From assembly GCA_020718905.1 (NCBI GenBank), contig DYRD01000006.1:1-54618 (forward strand): 54,618 bases of DNA, read 5' to 3'. The notes under the pieces are model-generated. The model saw nothing but the letters and a program-made list of their open reading frames with translations, did not search any database and had not been told where the DNA came from. Positions 19,159 to 29,828 of this stretch are shown here, piece by piece. The DNA is from Syntrophus aciditrophicus (GTDB lineage Bacteria; Desulfobacterota; Syntrophia; Syntrophales; UBA8958). How positions within the stretch are numbered: position 1 is the first letter of the stretch; each line of letters opens with the position of its first letter. A program made the translations under genes and the position numbers.

Positions 19159-22100
19159 TTATTTGTGGAAGATACTATTTAGAGTAGTCCTTATCTGTTC
19201 TATGGAGGCGGGCTTAACCAGCGCCCCTTTAAATCCATAGGCGCCGTAGTGAGACATAACCGGGTCATCGGTGTAACCACTGCAAACAATGGCTTTGACC
19301 GCAGGATCGACATCAAGGAGACGCTGAATAGTCTCCCGCCCCCCCAAGCCGCCCCGGATGGTCAAATCAAGGACAACCAGGTCATATGGCCGTGATGCCA
19401 TGGCCTCTCGATATATCTCCACCGCTTTGCCCCCCTCGTCGCACGTAGTAACGTCATAGCCGAGCAAGGAAATGGTTTCCTCCAGGAAAGACCGGATCAA
19501 TGCCTCATCGTCCATAACGAGGATGCGTCTCGCAGCTGCTTCGGGACTTCCTGAAACCGGGAATACTTCCTTGGCAGCGCTCTCAGATTGTGAAATGCCG
19601 CTCCCTGCCGGCAGATATACGCTGACGGATGTTCCCTTGCCGACCTCCGATTGGAGGGTGATATCACCACCGTGCTTCTTAATGATAGCATAGCTTATCG
19701 AGAGCCCCAACCCTGTTCCTTTCAGCGCTCCCATGTCTTTGGTCGTGAAATAGGGATCGAATATGCTTCCTAATGACTCCTTGGAGATACCTTTTCCGCG
19801 ATCGGAAATGGTTACTTTGATGAAAGGTTTTTCATCTTTTTCCCGGCAAACAACGTTTTCCCCCTTGACGGAAATCGAGCTCCCTGCGGGAGACGCCTCC
19901 AGGGCATTGATGACAATATTGCCGATCGCCTGCCTGATCTGCTCTTCATCCGCCCGGACGGGATGGAGCTTTTTTGCCAAGTAGTAACGGCATTGGATAT
20001 TGGATCCGCTAAGGACCAGCCTGACAGATTCGTGAACTACGTCCCGGACATCTATGGGCTTCATCCGGGGCTCCCCTCCCCGGGAAAAGGTAAGCAGGCG
20101 CCGGGTAAGTTCCTTGGCACGCAGACACGATTCTTCCGCCTTGCTTAGACTTCTTTCGACAACCTTCGCTTGTTGGGCGTTTAATTTGGCCAGTCCGATA
20201 TAACCAATGATACCCATCAAGAGGTTATTAAAATCATGAGCGACACCTCCCGCCAGGGTCCCTATAGATTCGAGCTTCTGGGACTTGATCATTTCTTCCT
20301 GGAGCCTCTTTACCTCTGAAATATCCCGCAGGATCCCCCGGTAGCCGCAAAAGCGCCCTTCTTTAACGTAGAAAGGATTTCCGCTTACCTCGACGGCAAT
20401 ATGCCCCCCCCGTTTATGAACAATTATCCCCTCGACAGCAGTGAAGGAAACGCGCTTGACGAAGGCATCCTGAAAACATCCCCTGATCTTTTCCAGTTCC
20501 TCAAAGAAGGCAAATTCATAAGGTAATTTCCCGATTACTTCCTGCTGGGCGTATCCGATCAGTTGCTCAATATTCGGGCTTATGTAGGTAAAGTGGCCGG
20601 TGGCGTCTATTTCCCAAACGATTTCATTGATGCTTTCTACGAGGTCCCGGTATCTTTTCCTGCTTTCCTGGAGGTCGACTTCCGCACGTTTCTGTTCGGT
20701 AATATCCAGCAGCATCCCATTGAAGATAACCTCTCCCGGGTGCTCCTCGGGAATTGAGACACCGCGGACATATTTTTCCTCCCCTGCCGGCGTAATGAAT
20801 CTGCCCTCATATTCCCACTTGCTGGCGGTGCGGGCGGCATGGTGAATCGAGTCCACTAACCTTGGCCTGTCCTCTTTAGGGACACAGGCTGAGGCCTGTG
20901 TAAAGAAATCTTCCCGATTGTTGTCCAGCCCCAGGATTTCCCGTGACCGTCCTGACACATAGTAAAGTCCCATGTCGCCATTCTTGCGGACATAGAACTG
21001 ATAGACAATGCCGGGCAGGTTATTGGCCAGATTTTTCAGACGCTCTTTGCCGCCCCACAGCTCCATCTCCACCCGCTTGCGTTCGGAGATGTCCCTCACA
21101 AATCCAGTTACGATACCTTTTCCCTCCCGACTGACCACCTTCACGCTGACTTCCACTCGTATCAATGACCCGTCTTTGCGAATATTCTTCCGCTCGAAGA
21201 CATTTTTGTTGTCCATTAGCAGGACATCGAGATCCACATTTGCCGAGGCACGCCAATCCGCGTCGATCTTTGCGAGCGTGGCGCCGATAAGGTCGTCCCG
21301 CTCGTAGCCAACCATTCGGCAGGCATTGTCATTCACATCGATTATGTTCCCCTCGAAGTCGTGAATATAGATCGCATCGTTGGTATTTTCCACCATCATC
21401 CGGTACCGTTCCTCGCTCTTGCGGAGCTTGTCCGCTATCTTCTTTCGTTCCGAGATATCCTTGGTTATTCCCTCAAAATACCGAATCTGTCCTTGATTAT
21501 TGCGGACGACGCGGATGCTCTTCAAAAGCCAGATCAGTTCCCCGCCTTTTCGCTTTACCTCGATCTCAAACTCGCCGCTGCCCTTTTCCAGGACCTTGCG
21601 GATGGCATCCGTCCTTGCTTCGTCATGGACATAAAGCTGTTTCCCGATATCCGTTATGGAGTTAAAGAGATCCTCCGGCGAATCGTATCCAAGGATGCGG
21701 GCAAAAGCGCTATTCGCCATTATGTAACGACCTTCGGGGGTGCTGCGGAAGATGCCCTCCGTTGCGTTCTCCACAATATTGCGATATTTGCGGGCCAGTT
21801 CGAAGTATCGCCGCTCCGACTGACGGACTGCTGCTTCCATCTTTTTTCTTTCCGTAATATCCATGCAGGTCCCGAAACTGCCTGCAAACCGCCCGCTGCT
21901 GTCGTAAATCGGCCGGGGAGACATGAGAAAATGCAATAAACGTCGATCCTTGCACTTTATGGCAAGCTCATAGGGGTGAAACCGCCCCAGGGATCGCTGA
22001 GAAAATTCCGTCTGGAAGATGCGGAGATTGTCATCATCGAGAAAAGAGGAAAGGGGGCGACCAATGATCTCCTCCGGCAGATAACCTGTCATTTTACAGA

Positions 22101-22689
22101 AACGCTGATTGACAAAGACGGGGATTCCGGATTCATCGACGGTAATAAAACCTTCGTTCATGGTATCCAAAAGGAACCGCCACTGTTCTTCTCTTTCCTT
22201 GAGTAATTCCGCTGCCTCGCCGCAACCTTTGACGTCCGTCAGCATGGAAATCACCGTTCCGTCTGCCATGGTGAGCAAGTTGCACTCGATGGATTTTGTC
22301 TTTCCATTTTTACAGGTGACCTGAAGGACATCTTCGGTTATTAGCTGCTGCGTCTGGTACTTAACCCAGGCATGCAGGGCCTTGCGCCGATATTCCTTAT
22401 CGGGATAGGCCTTTTGAAACCATTTCTTCTCCGTATCAATATCGGTGAGGGTATAACCGGTCAACTTAACGAAGGCGGGATTGACATAGATGAAAAAGCC
22501 GTCTTGCCGGATTACGGAGATACCGCAAGGAAACTGATCGAAGATCATGGCGTAGTGTTCTGCGGGAATCATCGGGCTCGCCCCGGAACGGAGCGCATCC
22601 TCGCCACCACCCGTCTTCAGTTCAAGCTGCGCCCGCAGGGATGACACTTCCTCGATCAATTGCTGTTTGGTCTTGTATCTGTCTTGCAT
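19159..22689 (-). CDS. Multi-PAS hybrid sensor histidine kinase/response regulator
   Basis: Multiple PAS/PAC repeats (DITERK, DISERK), HisKA AGGVAHDFNN, HATPase GTGLGL, REC ILVMDDE..LDL. Confidence 0.95.
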   Translation of the reverse strand: MQDRYKTKQQLIEEVSSLRAQLELKTGGGEDALRSGASPMIPAEHYAMIFDQFPCGISVIRQDGFFIYVNPAFVKLTGYTLTDIDTEKKWFQKAYPDKEYRRKALHAWVKYQTQQLITEDVLQVTCKNGKTKSIECNLLTMADGTVISMLTDVKGCGEAAELLKEREEQWRFLLDTMNEGFITVDESGIPVFVNQRFCKMTGYLPEEIIGRPLSSFLDDDNLRIFQTEFSQRSLGRFHPYELAIKCKDRRLLHFLMSPRPIYDSSGRFAGSFGTCMDITERKKMEAAVRQSERRYFELARKYRNIVENATEGIFRSTPEGRYIMANSAFARILGYDSPEDLFNSITDIGKQLYVHDEARTDAIRKVLEKGSGEFEIEVKRKGGELIWLLKSIRVVRNNQGQIRYFEGITKDISERKKIADKLRKSEERYRMMVENTNDAIYIHDFEGNIIDVNDNACRMVGYERDDLIGATLAKIDADWRASANVDLDVLLMDNKNVFERKNIRKDGSLIRVEVSVKVVSREGKGIVTGFVRDISERKRVEMELWGGKERLKNLANNLPGIVYQFYVRKNGDMGLYYVSGRSREILGLDNNREDFFTQASACVPKEDRPRLVDSIHHAARTASKWEYEGRFITPAGEEKYVRGVSIPEEHPGEVIFNGMLLDITEQKRAEVDLQESRKRYRDLVESINEIVWEIDATGHFTYISPNIEQLIGYAQQEVIGKLPYEFAFFEELEKIRGCFQDAFVKRVSFTAVEGIIVHKRGGHIAVEVSGNPFYVKEGRFCGYRGILRDISEVKRLQEEMIKSQKLESIGTLAGGVAHDFNNLLMGIIGYIGLAKLNAQQAKVVERSLSKAEESCLRAKELTRRLLTFSRGGEPRMKPIDVRDVVHESVRLVLSGSNIQCRYYLAKKLHPVRADEEQIRQAIGNIVINALEASPAGSSISVKGENVVCREKDEKPFIKVTISDRGKGISKESLGSIFDPYFTTKDMGALKGTGLGLSISYAIIKKHGGDITLQSEVGKGTSVSVYLPAGSGISQSESAAKEVFPVSGSPEAAARRILVMDDEALIRSFLEETISLLGYDVTTCDEGGKAVEIYREAMASRPYDLVVLDLTIRGGLGGRETIQRLLDVDPAVKAIVCSGYTDDPVMSHYGAYGFKGALVKPASIEQIRTTLNSIFHK

Positions 22690-22836
22690 AAAAAGTTGAA
22701 CGTCTTCTCCCCCTTTTTCTCATCCCCTTCCCAACAGAGGGGGCATGACGGCACCGGGAAAAGCCCTGGAATCCCCTTTTCGCGGGGAGATGGTGAGGGC
22801 AAGTGTGGGGATGAATAATCAGACAATCCAATATCT

Positions 22837-22869
22837 TATTTCTCCCTCTCTCCGGGAGAGGGAGAAATA
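22837..22869. repeat. Perfect 14-bp hairpin (REP-like or terminator) downstream of the fadB-like gene
   Basis: TATTTCTCCCTCTC-tccgg-GAGAGGGAGAAATA. Confidence 0.7.
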
Positions 22870-22895
22870 TCCGTTTTTGAGAGGTCGTTATGTCT

Positions 22896-24890
22896 TTAGT
22901 AGAAGTTTTTCCCGAACAAGCGACGGCTCATGCCGGTCAGGTCCGCCCATTTCATGGGGCCGCCCTTGTCCGCCGGGAAGCCGACGCCCCAGATCATGCC
23001 GACATCGATCATTCGCACGTCATCGACAATCTTCCGATCCAGGAGATCTTTCCCCGTCTTAAACATCGCTTCGAGCAAACCTTCCTGGATCTGTTCCGCC
23101 GTCAATTCCTTAAGCCCTTTTTTGGCAATGAGGGGAAGGACTTCGGGATCGACGCTGCCGTCTTTCAGGAAGAACCCTTTCCCGGATTTTTTCAATCCCA
23201 TGCGCCCCGCTTCGACGACATTGGCCAGGGTCTCCTGACGGATACCCATCCACTGGAAGATCTTGTAGGGGACATCGATGCCGACCTCATCGGTCAAGCG
23301 GATGGGGCCGACGGGCATACCGAAGGACGTCATGGCCCGATCGACTTTCTCGATGGCGTTACCCTCCTCAATGTACTTGAAAGTCTCGAGGAGCATGGGG
23401 AACAGGAGGGCGTTCACGACAAAACCCGCATTGTCCCGGCAGACGATGGGGCGTTTCTTGATGGCGGCGGCAAAGTTCAGGAGGTTGTCCACTGTCTCCT
23501 GACTTGTCTGCTCTCCCCGGATGACTTCCACGAGCTGCATCAGCCAGACGGGAGAAAAGAAATGGAGGCCGCCGAAACGCTCCGGATTTGTCAGCAGGCC
23601 GGCCATGGATTTGATGGCAAGGGAAGAGGTGTTGCTCGCCACGAGACAATCCCCGGGAATCACCTGACAAAGATCCTGATAAACCTGCTGCTTGATCTTC
23701 AGATCCTCGAAGACCGCCTCGACGACAATATCGACATCCTTGAATTCCGCCCCGTATTCGGTAGTGGTTATTATCAATTTCAGGTAATCGTCTACGGCGC
23801 CCTTGAGACGCTTCTTCTACGCCATGCCGGCTAGGATCTTCCCGACAAAGGCCTTCCCCGGCTCCAGGGCCTCGGGAATGTCTTTCACGACCACCGGCAC
23901 CTGCATATTCCGGATAATATCGATGACGATCCCCCGGCCCATCGTCCCGAAACCGAGAACGGCGGCTTTTTTCAGTGGTTTGGGAACAAATCCTTTGGTC
24001 ATCATCGCCCGGGGCTTGTCCGTCATGGTCTTGATGAAGAAGGTATTGATACTTCCCTTGGCCTCGTTGGACATAACGACATCGACAAAGTTCGCCTTTT
24101 CGATCTCCAGCCCTGCCGCCAGGAAAACCTTGAGGCCGTCCTGGATCGATTTCATGGCCAGCATGCGAGCAGGCAGGGCGCGTCCCCTGGTTGCCCTGAG
24201 AACTGCCAAACGGGCCATCTCGGCGACCTCGTCCAGTTGGGTAAAATCGTGTTCCCGTCTTTTCAGGTTGGCCGTGCCGGCAATCATCTCCCCGATAAAG
24301 GTCTTGGCCGCCGCCAGGAGATCGGTATCCGCGGGAATGAGACGGTCGACGATTCCCAAGTCGCAGGCCTTCGCCGCCGGCATCCTGGTTCCTTTCAGGA
24401 TCAGTTCGATGGCGGGATAGCCGATCAGGCGGGGCAGACGCTGGGTGCCGCCGCCACCGGGGAAAAGGCCGACATTACATTCGGGAAGACCGATGAGGGT
24501 CGTCTTCCCCTCTTTGGCGATGCGGGCTGTACAGGCCAAGGCGAATTCGAGGCCGCCGCCGAGGCAGTGGCCATGAATAGCCGCCAAAACAGGCAGATTC
24601 AGATCGTTTAGCCTCCGGAACGCGCCATGGAAAAGTTCGAGGACCTCCCGCACCTCATCCGGTTTCACGAGGTCGGCGATCATCTTTAGATTCGCCCCGG
24701 CAAAGAAATTGTCTGGCTTCCCGGAAATGAAGACGATCCCCTGCAGGGATTTCTCTTGCTCCAGCTCCCCCATAAGCTCGGCAAAGCTCGTAAAGGCCGC
24801 CTCTGTCCAGGTGTTCATGGCGTCTCCGGCAACGTCGAAGGTCGCCACCCCGATGCCGTCTTCCACTTTCAGTTGGAATATCCTGCTCAT
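22896..24890 (-). CDS. Enoyl-CoA hydratase/3-hydroxyacyl-CoA dehydrogenase (FadB/FadJ-like) with an in-frame TAG at 23817-23819
   Basis: FFAGAN, CLGGGLEFALAC, GLPE, GGGGTQRL, GFGTMG; past the TAG the frame continues KKRLKGA.. into VEAVFED, SNTSS, HFFSP, GFVVN. Confidence 0.9.
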
Positions 24891-24922
24891 AAAATACCTC
24901 CGTTAATCAAACTCAAAATAAC

Positions 24923-25987
24923 CTATGTTCCGTACTGGTCATCTATCCAGTGCTGGTATGCCCCGGAGCGGACCCGGTCGGACCAGTCCCGATTGTTCAC
25001 ATACCACTCAATCGTTTTTCTTAAGCCCGTGGCAAAAGACTCCCGAGGTTCCCATCCGAGGGCTTGCTGAAGCTTGGAAAAATCAATGGCGTAGCGGCGG
25101 TCGTGCCCGGGACGGTCTTTTACATAACTAATCAGATCCTGCCGGGATTTCCCATTCTCCCGGGGCCGGATCTCGTCGAGGATGGCGAGGATCATGTTGA
25201 CGATCACGATATTCTCGATCTCCGAAGCGCCGCCGACATTGTAGGTCTCTCCTCTTTGCCCCTCCTTCATGATCGTCCAGATGGCCGCACAATGATCCGC
25301 CACATAGAGCCAGTCCCGGACGTTCTTTCCATCGCCGTAAATGGGAAGGGGTTTTTCTTCGAGGGCGTTCAAAACCATGAGGGGAATGAGTTTTTCCGGA
25401 AACTGATAGGGACCGTAATTATTGGAACAATTCGACAGGGTCGTCGGCAGGCCGAAGGTTTCGTGGTAGGCCCGGACCAGGTGGTCGGAGGCCGCCTTCG
25501 ATGCCGAATAGGGGCTGTTGGGCCGGTATGGCGTCTCTTCCGTAAAGATCCCTTCCTGGCCAAGGCTGCCATAGACCTCATCGGTGCTGATGTGATGAAA
25601 TATCTGCAAGGCATCGCCCAGGCCGCGGGCGATTTCCAGAAGATTGAAGGTACCGACGATGTTACTGAAGATGAAACTGTCGGGACGCTTGATGGAACGA
25701 TCCACGTGGGACTCGGCGGCAAAATGGCAGATCCCGTCGATCCCGCATTCGGCGCAGATAGTTTTCATGGCCTCAAGGTCGCAGATGTCGGCCCGGACAA
25801 AGGCATACCGTCCGGGCCAGGCCTTGGCCACCCCTTTGAGGTTTTCCTGATTCCCGGCATAGGTGAGGGTATCGACATTGATGATTCGCCCCTTAAAATC
25901 TCTCTGCTCCAAGAGATACCGGATGAAGTTGCTGCCGATGAATCCGCAGCCACCGGTCACCATTAGGTTTTCAATGTTCATGGTCAA
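24923..25987 (-). CDS. rfbB: dTDP-glucose 4,6-dehydratase
   Basis: TGGCGFIGSN, FAAESHVDRS, STDEVYG, YSASK, DRPGHDRRYA. Confidence 0.97.
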   Translation of the reverse strand: MTMNIENLMVTGGCGFIGSNFIRYLLEQRDFKGRIINVDTLTYAGNQENLKGVAKAWPGRYAFVRADICDLEAMKTICAECGIDGICHFAAESHVDRSIKRPDSFIFSNIVGTFNLLEIARGLGDALQIFHHISTDEVYGSLGQEGIFTEETPYRPNSPYSASKAASDHLVRAYHETFGLPTTLSNCSNNYGPYQFPEKLIPLMVLNALEEKPLPIYGDGKNVRDWLYVADHCAAIWTIMKEGQRGETYNVGGASEIENIVIVNMILAILDEIRPRENGKSRQDLISYVKDRPGHDRRYAIDFSKLQQALGWEPRESFATGLRKTIEWYVNNRDWSDRVRSGAYQHWIDDQYGT

Positions 25988-26020
25988 ATAATTTTCCTTT
26001 AATTTTTGTTAGCAATCGCC

Positions 26021-26941
26021 TTACTTCAGGAATCCCTGGATAATCCTGTTTACGGCCTCCTCGTAGGTCAGCCCCAGACTCATCAGTTTCATGAGCTGGT
26101 CGCTGGCAATCTTGCCGATGGAGGCTTCATGGGTGAGAGCCGCGTCGGGATGGCGGACCTTCAGCGACGGCACCGTCTCGTTCCGCCCGTTGTCCATGAT
26201 GATGGCATCGCACTCGATGTGGCCGAAACAGGGGGCCAGGGCCTCCATCGTGGCATAGAAATCCTGTTCCGAATCCCCCTTGATCACGGAACGGGAGATC
26301 ATGTTGGCCCGGCTGCCAGCTCCCGCCAGGGTGATGGTATTGGCGGATACGGCCTTCTGGTTCCCTTCCGTCAGGACCCGTTCGGTAATGAGCAACAGGC
26401 TGTCCGGCCCCAGGACAGCCTCGTTGGCCCGGTTCGCCTCGTCCACCCCGCCGATCTGGGTCAACTCCATCGCCGCCGTCGCCCCCGCTTCGAGCAATAC
26501 CTTCGTCGTCGGATTCAGGGTGCGCCGGCCCCGGCCGGGACCGCTGGCGTAGTGTTTTTCCACATACTTCACCTTCGCCCCCTTGCCGACCCGGAACTCG
26601 TGGATCCCCGCGTGGCCCTCCGGTTCCAGGCCGCCGCAATGGATGCCGCAACCGGCGATAATGGTCACGTCGGCCCCTTCCCCGATGATGAAATTGTTAT
26701 AAACAACGTCGTAGAGGCCCGCCTGGCTGAGAATAACGGGGATATGGACGGATTCGTTGATGGTCCCCGGCTTGATGGTAACGACGATCCCCGAACCGTC
26801 GGCGCTCGACTCGATATTGATATTGGCCGAAACCTCTCGCTGCAGGAGCTTGCCGTTCTTGCGGATATTGAAGGCCCCTTTGGGGAGCCCCTCGAGATCT
26901 GCAACCTTCTTCAACAAATCCTTATCGATAGCATCCAACAT
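26021..26941 (-). CDS. SufB/SufD-family Fe-S scaffold (SmsB-like)
   Basis: VHIPV, IIAGCG, GHIECD, THEASIGKI, LMSLGL..IIQGFL; follows and overlaps the SufC-like ATPase. Confidence 0.88.
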   Translation of the reverse strand: MLDAIDKDLLKKVADLEGLPKGAFNIRKNGKLLQREVSANINIESSADGSGIVVTIKPGTINESVHIPVILSQAGLYDVVYNNFIIGEGADVTIIAGCGIHCGGLEPEGHAGIHEFRVGKGAKVKYVEKHYASGPGRGRRTLNPTTKVLLEAGATAAMELTQIGGVDEANRANEAVLGPDSLLLITERVLTEGNQKAVSANTITLAGAGSRANMISRSVIKGDSEQDFYATMEALAPCFGHIECDAIIMDNGRNETVPSLKVRHPDAALTHEASIGKIASDQLMKLMSLGLTYEEAVNRIIQGFLK

Positions 26942-27656
26942 CTTTGCCACCTACGCATTTCCGGTAATTGCACACAGTCAGGTCATTAAGCATGGGGAGG
27001 GCGCCCTCCAGGTCCCCTCTGTAAACAAGTTTGCCCTCGCTGATCATGAGGACAATGTCCGCCGCTTCCAGAAAGGCCCGGTTGTGGCTGACGACAACCG
27101 TCGTTGTTCCGTGTTCCTTCTGTTCCCGTTTGAGGAGCCGAACCATGGGCTGGATCGTCCACAGGTCGATGCCCGTATCCGGTTCGTCATAGATGGCAAG
27201 CTTGGGATTCCGGGCGATAGTAGTGGCTAATTCGATTTTCTTGATTTCTCCCCCGGAGAGTTTTGCATCCACGGGGTTATCGAGAAAGGAGAGAGAGCAG
27301 ATGCCGACCCGCCGCAGCAGCGCCAGCAGCATCCCCTCGTCGTCCGTGCCCGCCGCCATGGCGAGGAGGTCCCGGAAGGTGATGCCTTTGAAACGGGCAG
27401 GCTGTTGAAAGCTATAGGCAATTCCTTCCCGGGCCCGCTCCGTGATGGATAAGGAGGAAATCTCTTTCCCCAGAAAACCGATCGATCCCGCACTTGCCAG
27501 ATTGATACCCATGATGAGTTTGGCCAGGGTGGTCTTGCCGCTGCCGTTCGGCCCGGTAATTGCGTAGAATTTACCCCTTTCGAAGGTATAACTCAGCCCG
27601 TCGATGATATTCCGGCCCGCTACGGAGAAATAGAGATCCTTAAGTTCCAGCATCAC
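26922..27656 (-). CDS. SufC-like ABC ATPase (SmsC-like)
   Basis: GPNGSGKT, FQQP, LSGGEIKKIE, DEPDTGID, SH; Cys-containing C-terminus. Confidence 0.88.
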   Translation of the reverse strand: MMLELKDLYFSVAGRNIIDGLSYTFERGKFYAITGPNGSGKTTLAKLIMGINLASAGSIGFLGKEISSLSITERAREGIAYSFQQPARFKGITFRDLLAMAAGTDDEGMLLALLRRVGICSLSFLDNPVDAKLSGGEIKKIELATTIARNPKLAIYDEPDTGIDLWTIQPMVRLLKREQKEHGTTTVVVSHNRAFLEAADIVLMISEGKLVYRGDLEGALPMLNDLTVCNYRKCVGGKDVGCYR

Positions 27657-27808
27657 TCACACCTCCTTAATGACGCCTATCGTATGGAAACAGATTTCAA
27701 AGCCCTATCCGTATGATGGATATTGCCTTTTATGTCAAATCATTTGTGGCGGCTCTCAAGGGATAACCTTTTGTGAGCTTACATTTAGGGTTTATTAGTG
27801 AATAAGCC

Positions 27809-28609
27809 CTAAATGTAAGCCCGTCCCCCCAGATAGCGTTTCTGATAATAGGCATTGGACAGAGAATCGATACGGATCTTTTTGTCTTTCCCCGGGGCAT
27901 GGATAAAATGGCCCGCGCCGATAGAGACCCCGACATGGGAGCACTTGTTTCCCTGCCCCGTGGCAAAAAAGACGAGGTCCCCCTTTAAAAGCTCACCTTT
28001 ACCCACATCCTCTCCCGTTCCGAATTGCTCACCCGAGGTCCGGGGGAGATCGATACCGCTTAACTGATAGACCGTCATGGTCAGCCCGCTGCAATCAAAG
28101 CCCGCCTCCGGTGAGGTCCCCCCCCACAGATAGGGAACGCCGAGGAAGTTCCGCGCCGCCTTGACAATTTCACCACGGAGATAATCATCCCCCAGCGTTT
28201 CAACCTTGGAGACGGCATACTCCTCCGGGGCGACGATATAATACGCTTCGATAATTCCTAATATCTTCAGGGCTTCCGCCTGGTTAAGAGCGCTTTCCCG
28301 GGCGGCGAAATTCCCGATCCGGACCTTGTAGAGTCCTGTTTTGGCGGCGAAATAGGTGGCGGCGAGACCTTTGTCTTTCAGGACATCGGTCAAGCGGGCG
28401 GCGTTTTCCGGCTGGGAAAAGGCGCCCGCCTGAATGGTATAACCCATCCGGGGCAGGGCCTTTTTAACGGTTGCCGGCCGCGCTTTCTTGGAGGTCACCG
28501 GCGTGGCTCTGTACGGGGAAGGGGAGGCCTTGCGGCTTGCGCATCCTCCTCCGAGGAAAAGGCAGACAAGACCCAAGACAATGACTTGGCAGGTTCTTCT
28601 CCCCCTCAT
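27809..28609 (-). CDS. SPOR + NlpC/P60 peptidoglycan hydrolase lipoprotein
   Basis: Lipobox-like GGGC, SPOR (YTIQAGAFS..NA), NlpC/P60 PYLWGG..FDCSG..GDLVFF..HVG..FIHA. Confidence 0.9.
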   Translation of the reverse strand: MRGRRTCQVIVLGLVCLFLGGGCASRKASPSPYRATPVTSKKARPATVKKALPRMGYTIQAGAFSQPENAARLTDVLKDKGLAATYFAAKTGLYKVRIGNFAARESALNQAEALKILGIIEAYYIVAPEEYAVSKVETLGDDYLRGEIVKAARNFLGVPYLWGGTSPEAGFDCSGLTMTVYQLSGIDLPRTSGEQFGTGEDVGKGELLKGDLVFFATGQGNKCSHVGVSIGAGHFIHAPGKDKKIRIDSLSNAYYQKRYLGGRAYI

Positions 28610-29793
28610 GGCAACGCGTTCACCAGGAGTCCCTTCAGGTAGCGCCCCTCGCTGTGGGCAAGGTTTGTCGGGTGATCCGGGGCAGCGGCAAACTTCTTCA
28701 GGAGCCGGATGGTCTTGCCCGCATCCCGGGCGGCACCGAGGACGATCTTTTCGAAAAGGGCCTCGTCAATGGCATTGGAACAGGAGAAGGTCGCCAGCAA
28801 ACCTCCGGGCGACAGGCGACGAAAGGCCTGAAGGTTGATGTCCTTGTATCCCCGGGCGGCGTGCTGAACCTCCCGGCGGTTTTTCGCAAAGGCGGGGGGG
28901 TCCAGGATGATCAGATCGTAAGACGCTTCAGTCTTCCGCAGATACTGGAAGACATCGTCCCGCAAGACCGGATGGGCCTCCGGGGAAAAACCGTTCTTCT
29001 CCAGATGACCGCGCGCCGCAACATTTGCCGGTTCCGAAGCATCGACAGAGACCACCCGTTTCGCCCCTCCCCGGGCGGCGTAAACCGAAAAGGCCCCGGT
29101 GTAAGAGAAACAGTTCAGGACCGACAACTCATTGCAGAGCGCTCCGATCCGGCTGCGGTTGTCCCGCTGATCGAGAAAGAAGCCCGTTTTCTGTCCCGCA
29201 AGGATGTCCGCCTCAAAAGCGAGGCCATTTTCCCGGATAGCAATGCCTTCCCGGGTCTCCTCCCCCCAAACCCAGCCGGTACGATCCCCAAGGCCTTCCA
29301 GGCGCCGCGCCGGGCCGTCGCTCCGCTCCAAAATGCCAAGGGGCCGGTATTCCCCAACCAGGGCTTCGATCACTGCCTCGCGGCGCTCTTCCATACCCGC
29401 CGTGCTGATGACCATGACCAGATAGTCGCCATAGCGGTCCACCACCAGTCCGGGCATGCCGTCTCCTTCGGCGTTGACGAGTCGGCAGGCCGTCGTCTCC
29501 GCCGCCACGATTCTGTTTCTCAGGGCGCCCGCATTCCGGAGGCGGCGGTGCCAGAATTCCCGATCGACCGGGGAGGCGACATCCCTGGTCAACATCCGGA
29601 AGGAAATGTCTGATTGGGGATTATAGAAGCCAAGGGCCAGGGGTTGGCCCTCCGCTGTCGTCACCATCACGATCTCCCCCGGACCGGGACGGCCCTTTAT
29701 TTTTGCCACGGCCCCGGAAAAAAGCCAGGGGTGGCCTCCCACGAGAGACCTTTCACGGCCCCCCTTCAATACCAATTGCGGATAGTCAGTCAC
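28606..29793 (-). CDS. rlmI: 23S rRNA m5C1962 methyltransferase RlmI-like
   Basis: GHPWLFSG, GQKTGFFLDQR, LNCFSYTG, LDPPAF, TFSCS, YLKG. Confidence 0.88.
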   Translation of the reverse strand: MTDYPQLVLKGGRERSLVGGHPWLFSGAVAKIKGRPGPGEIVMVTTAEGQPLALGFYNPQSDISFRMLTRDVASPVDREFWHRRLRNAGALRNRIVAAETTACRLVNAEGDGMPGLVVDRYGDYLVMVISTAGMEERREAVIEALVGEYRPLGILERSDGPARRLEGLGDRTGWVWGEETREGIAIRENGLAFEADILAGQKTGFFLDQRDNRSRIGALCNELSVLNCFSYTGAFSVYAARGGAKRVVSVDASEPANVAARGHLEKNGFSPEAHPVLRDDVFQYLRKTEASYDLIILDPPAFAKNRREVQHAARGYKDINLQAFRRLSPGGLLATFSCSNAIDEALFEKIVLGAARDAGKTIRLLKKFAAAPDHPTNLAHSEGRYLKGLLVNALP

Positions 29794-29828
29794 AGATATC
29801 TCCTGATTTTTCTTGTCATTTTTTCAAA

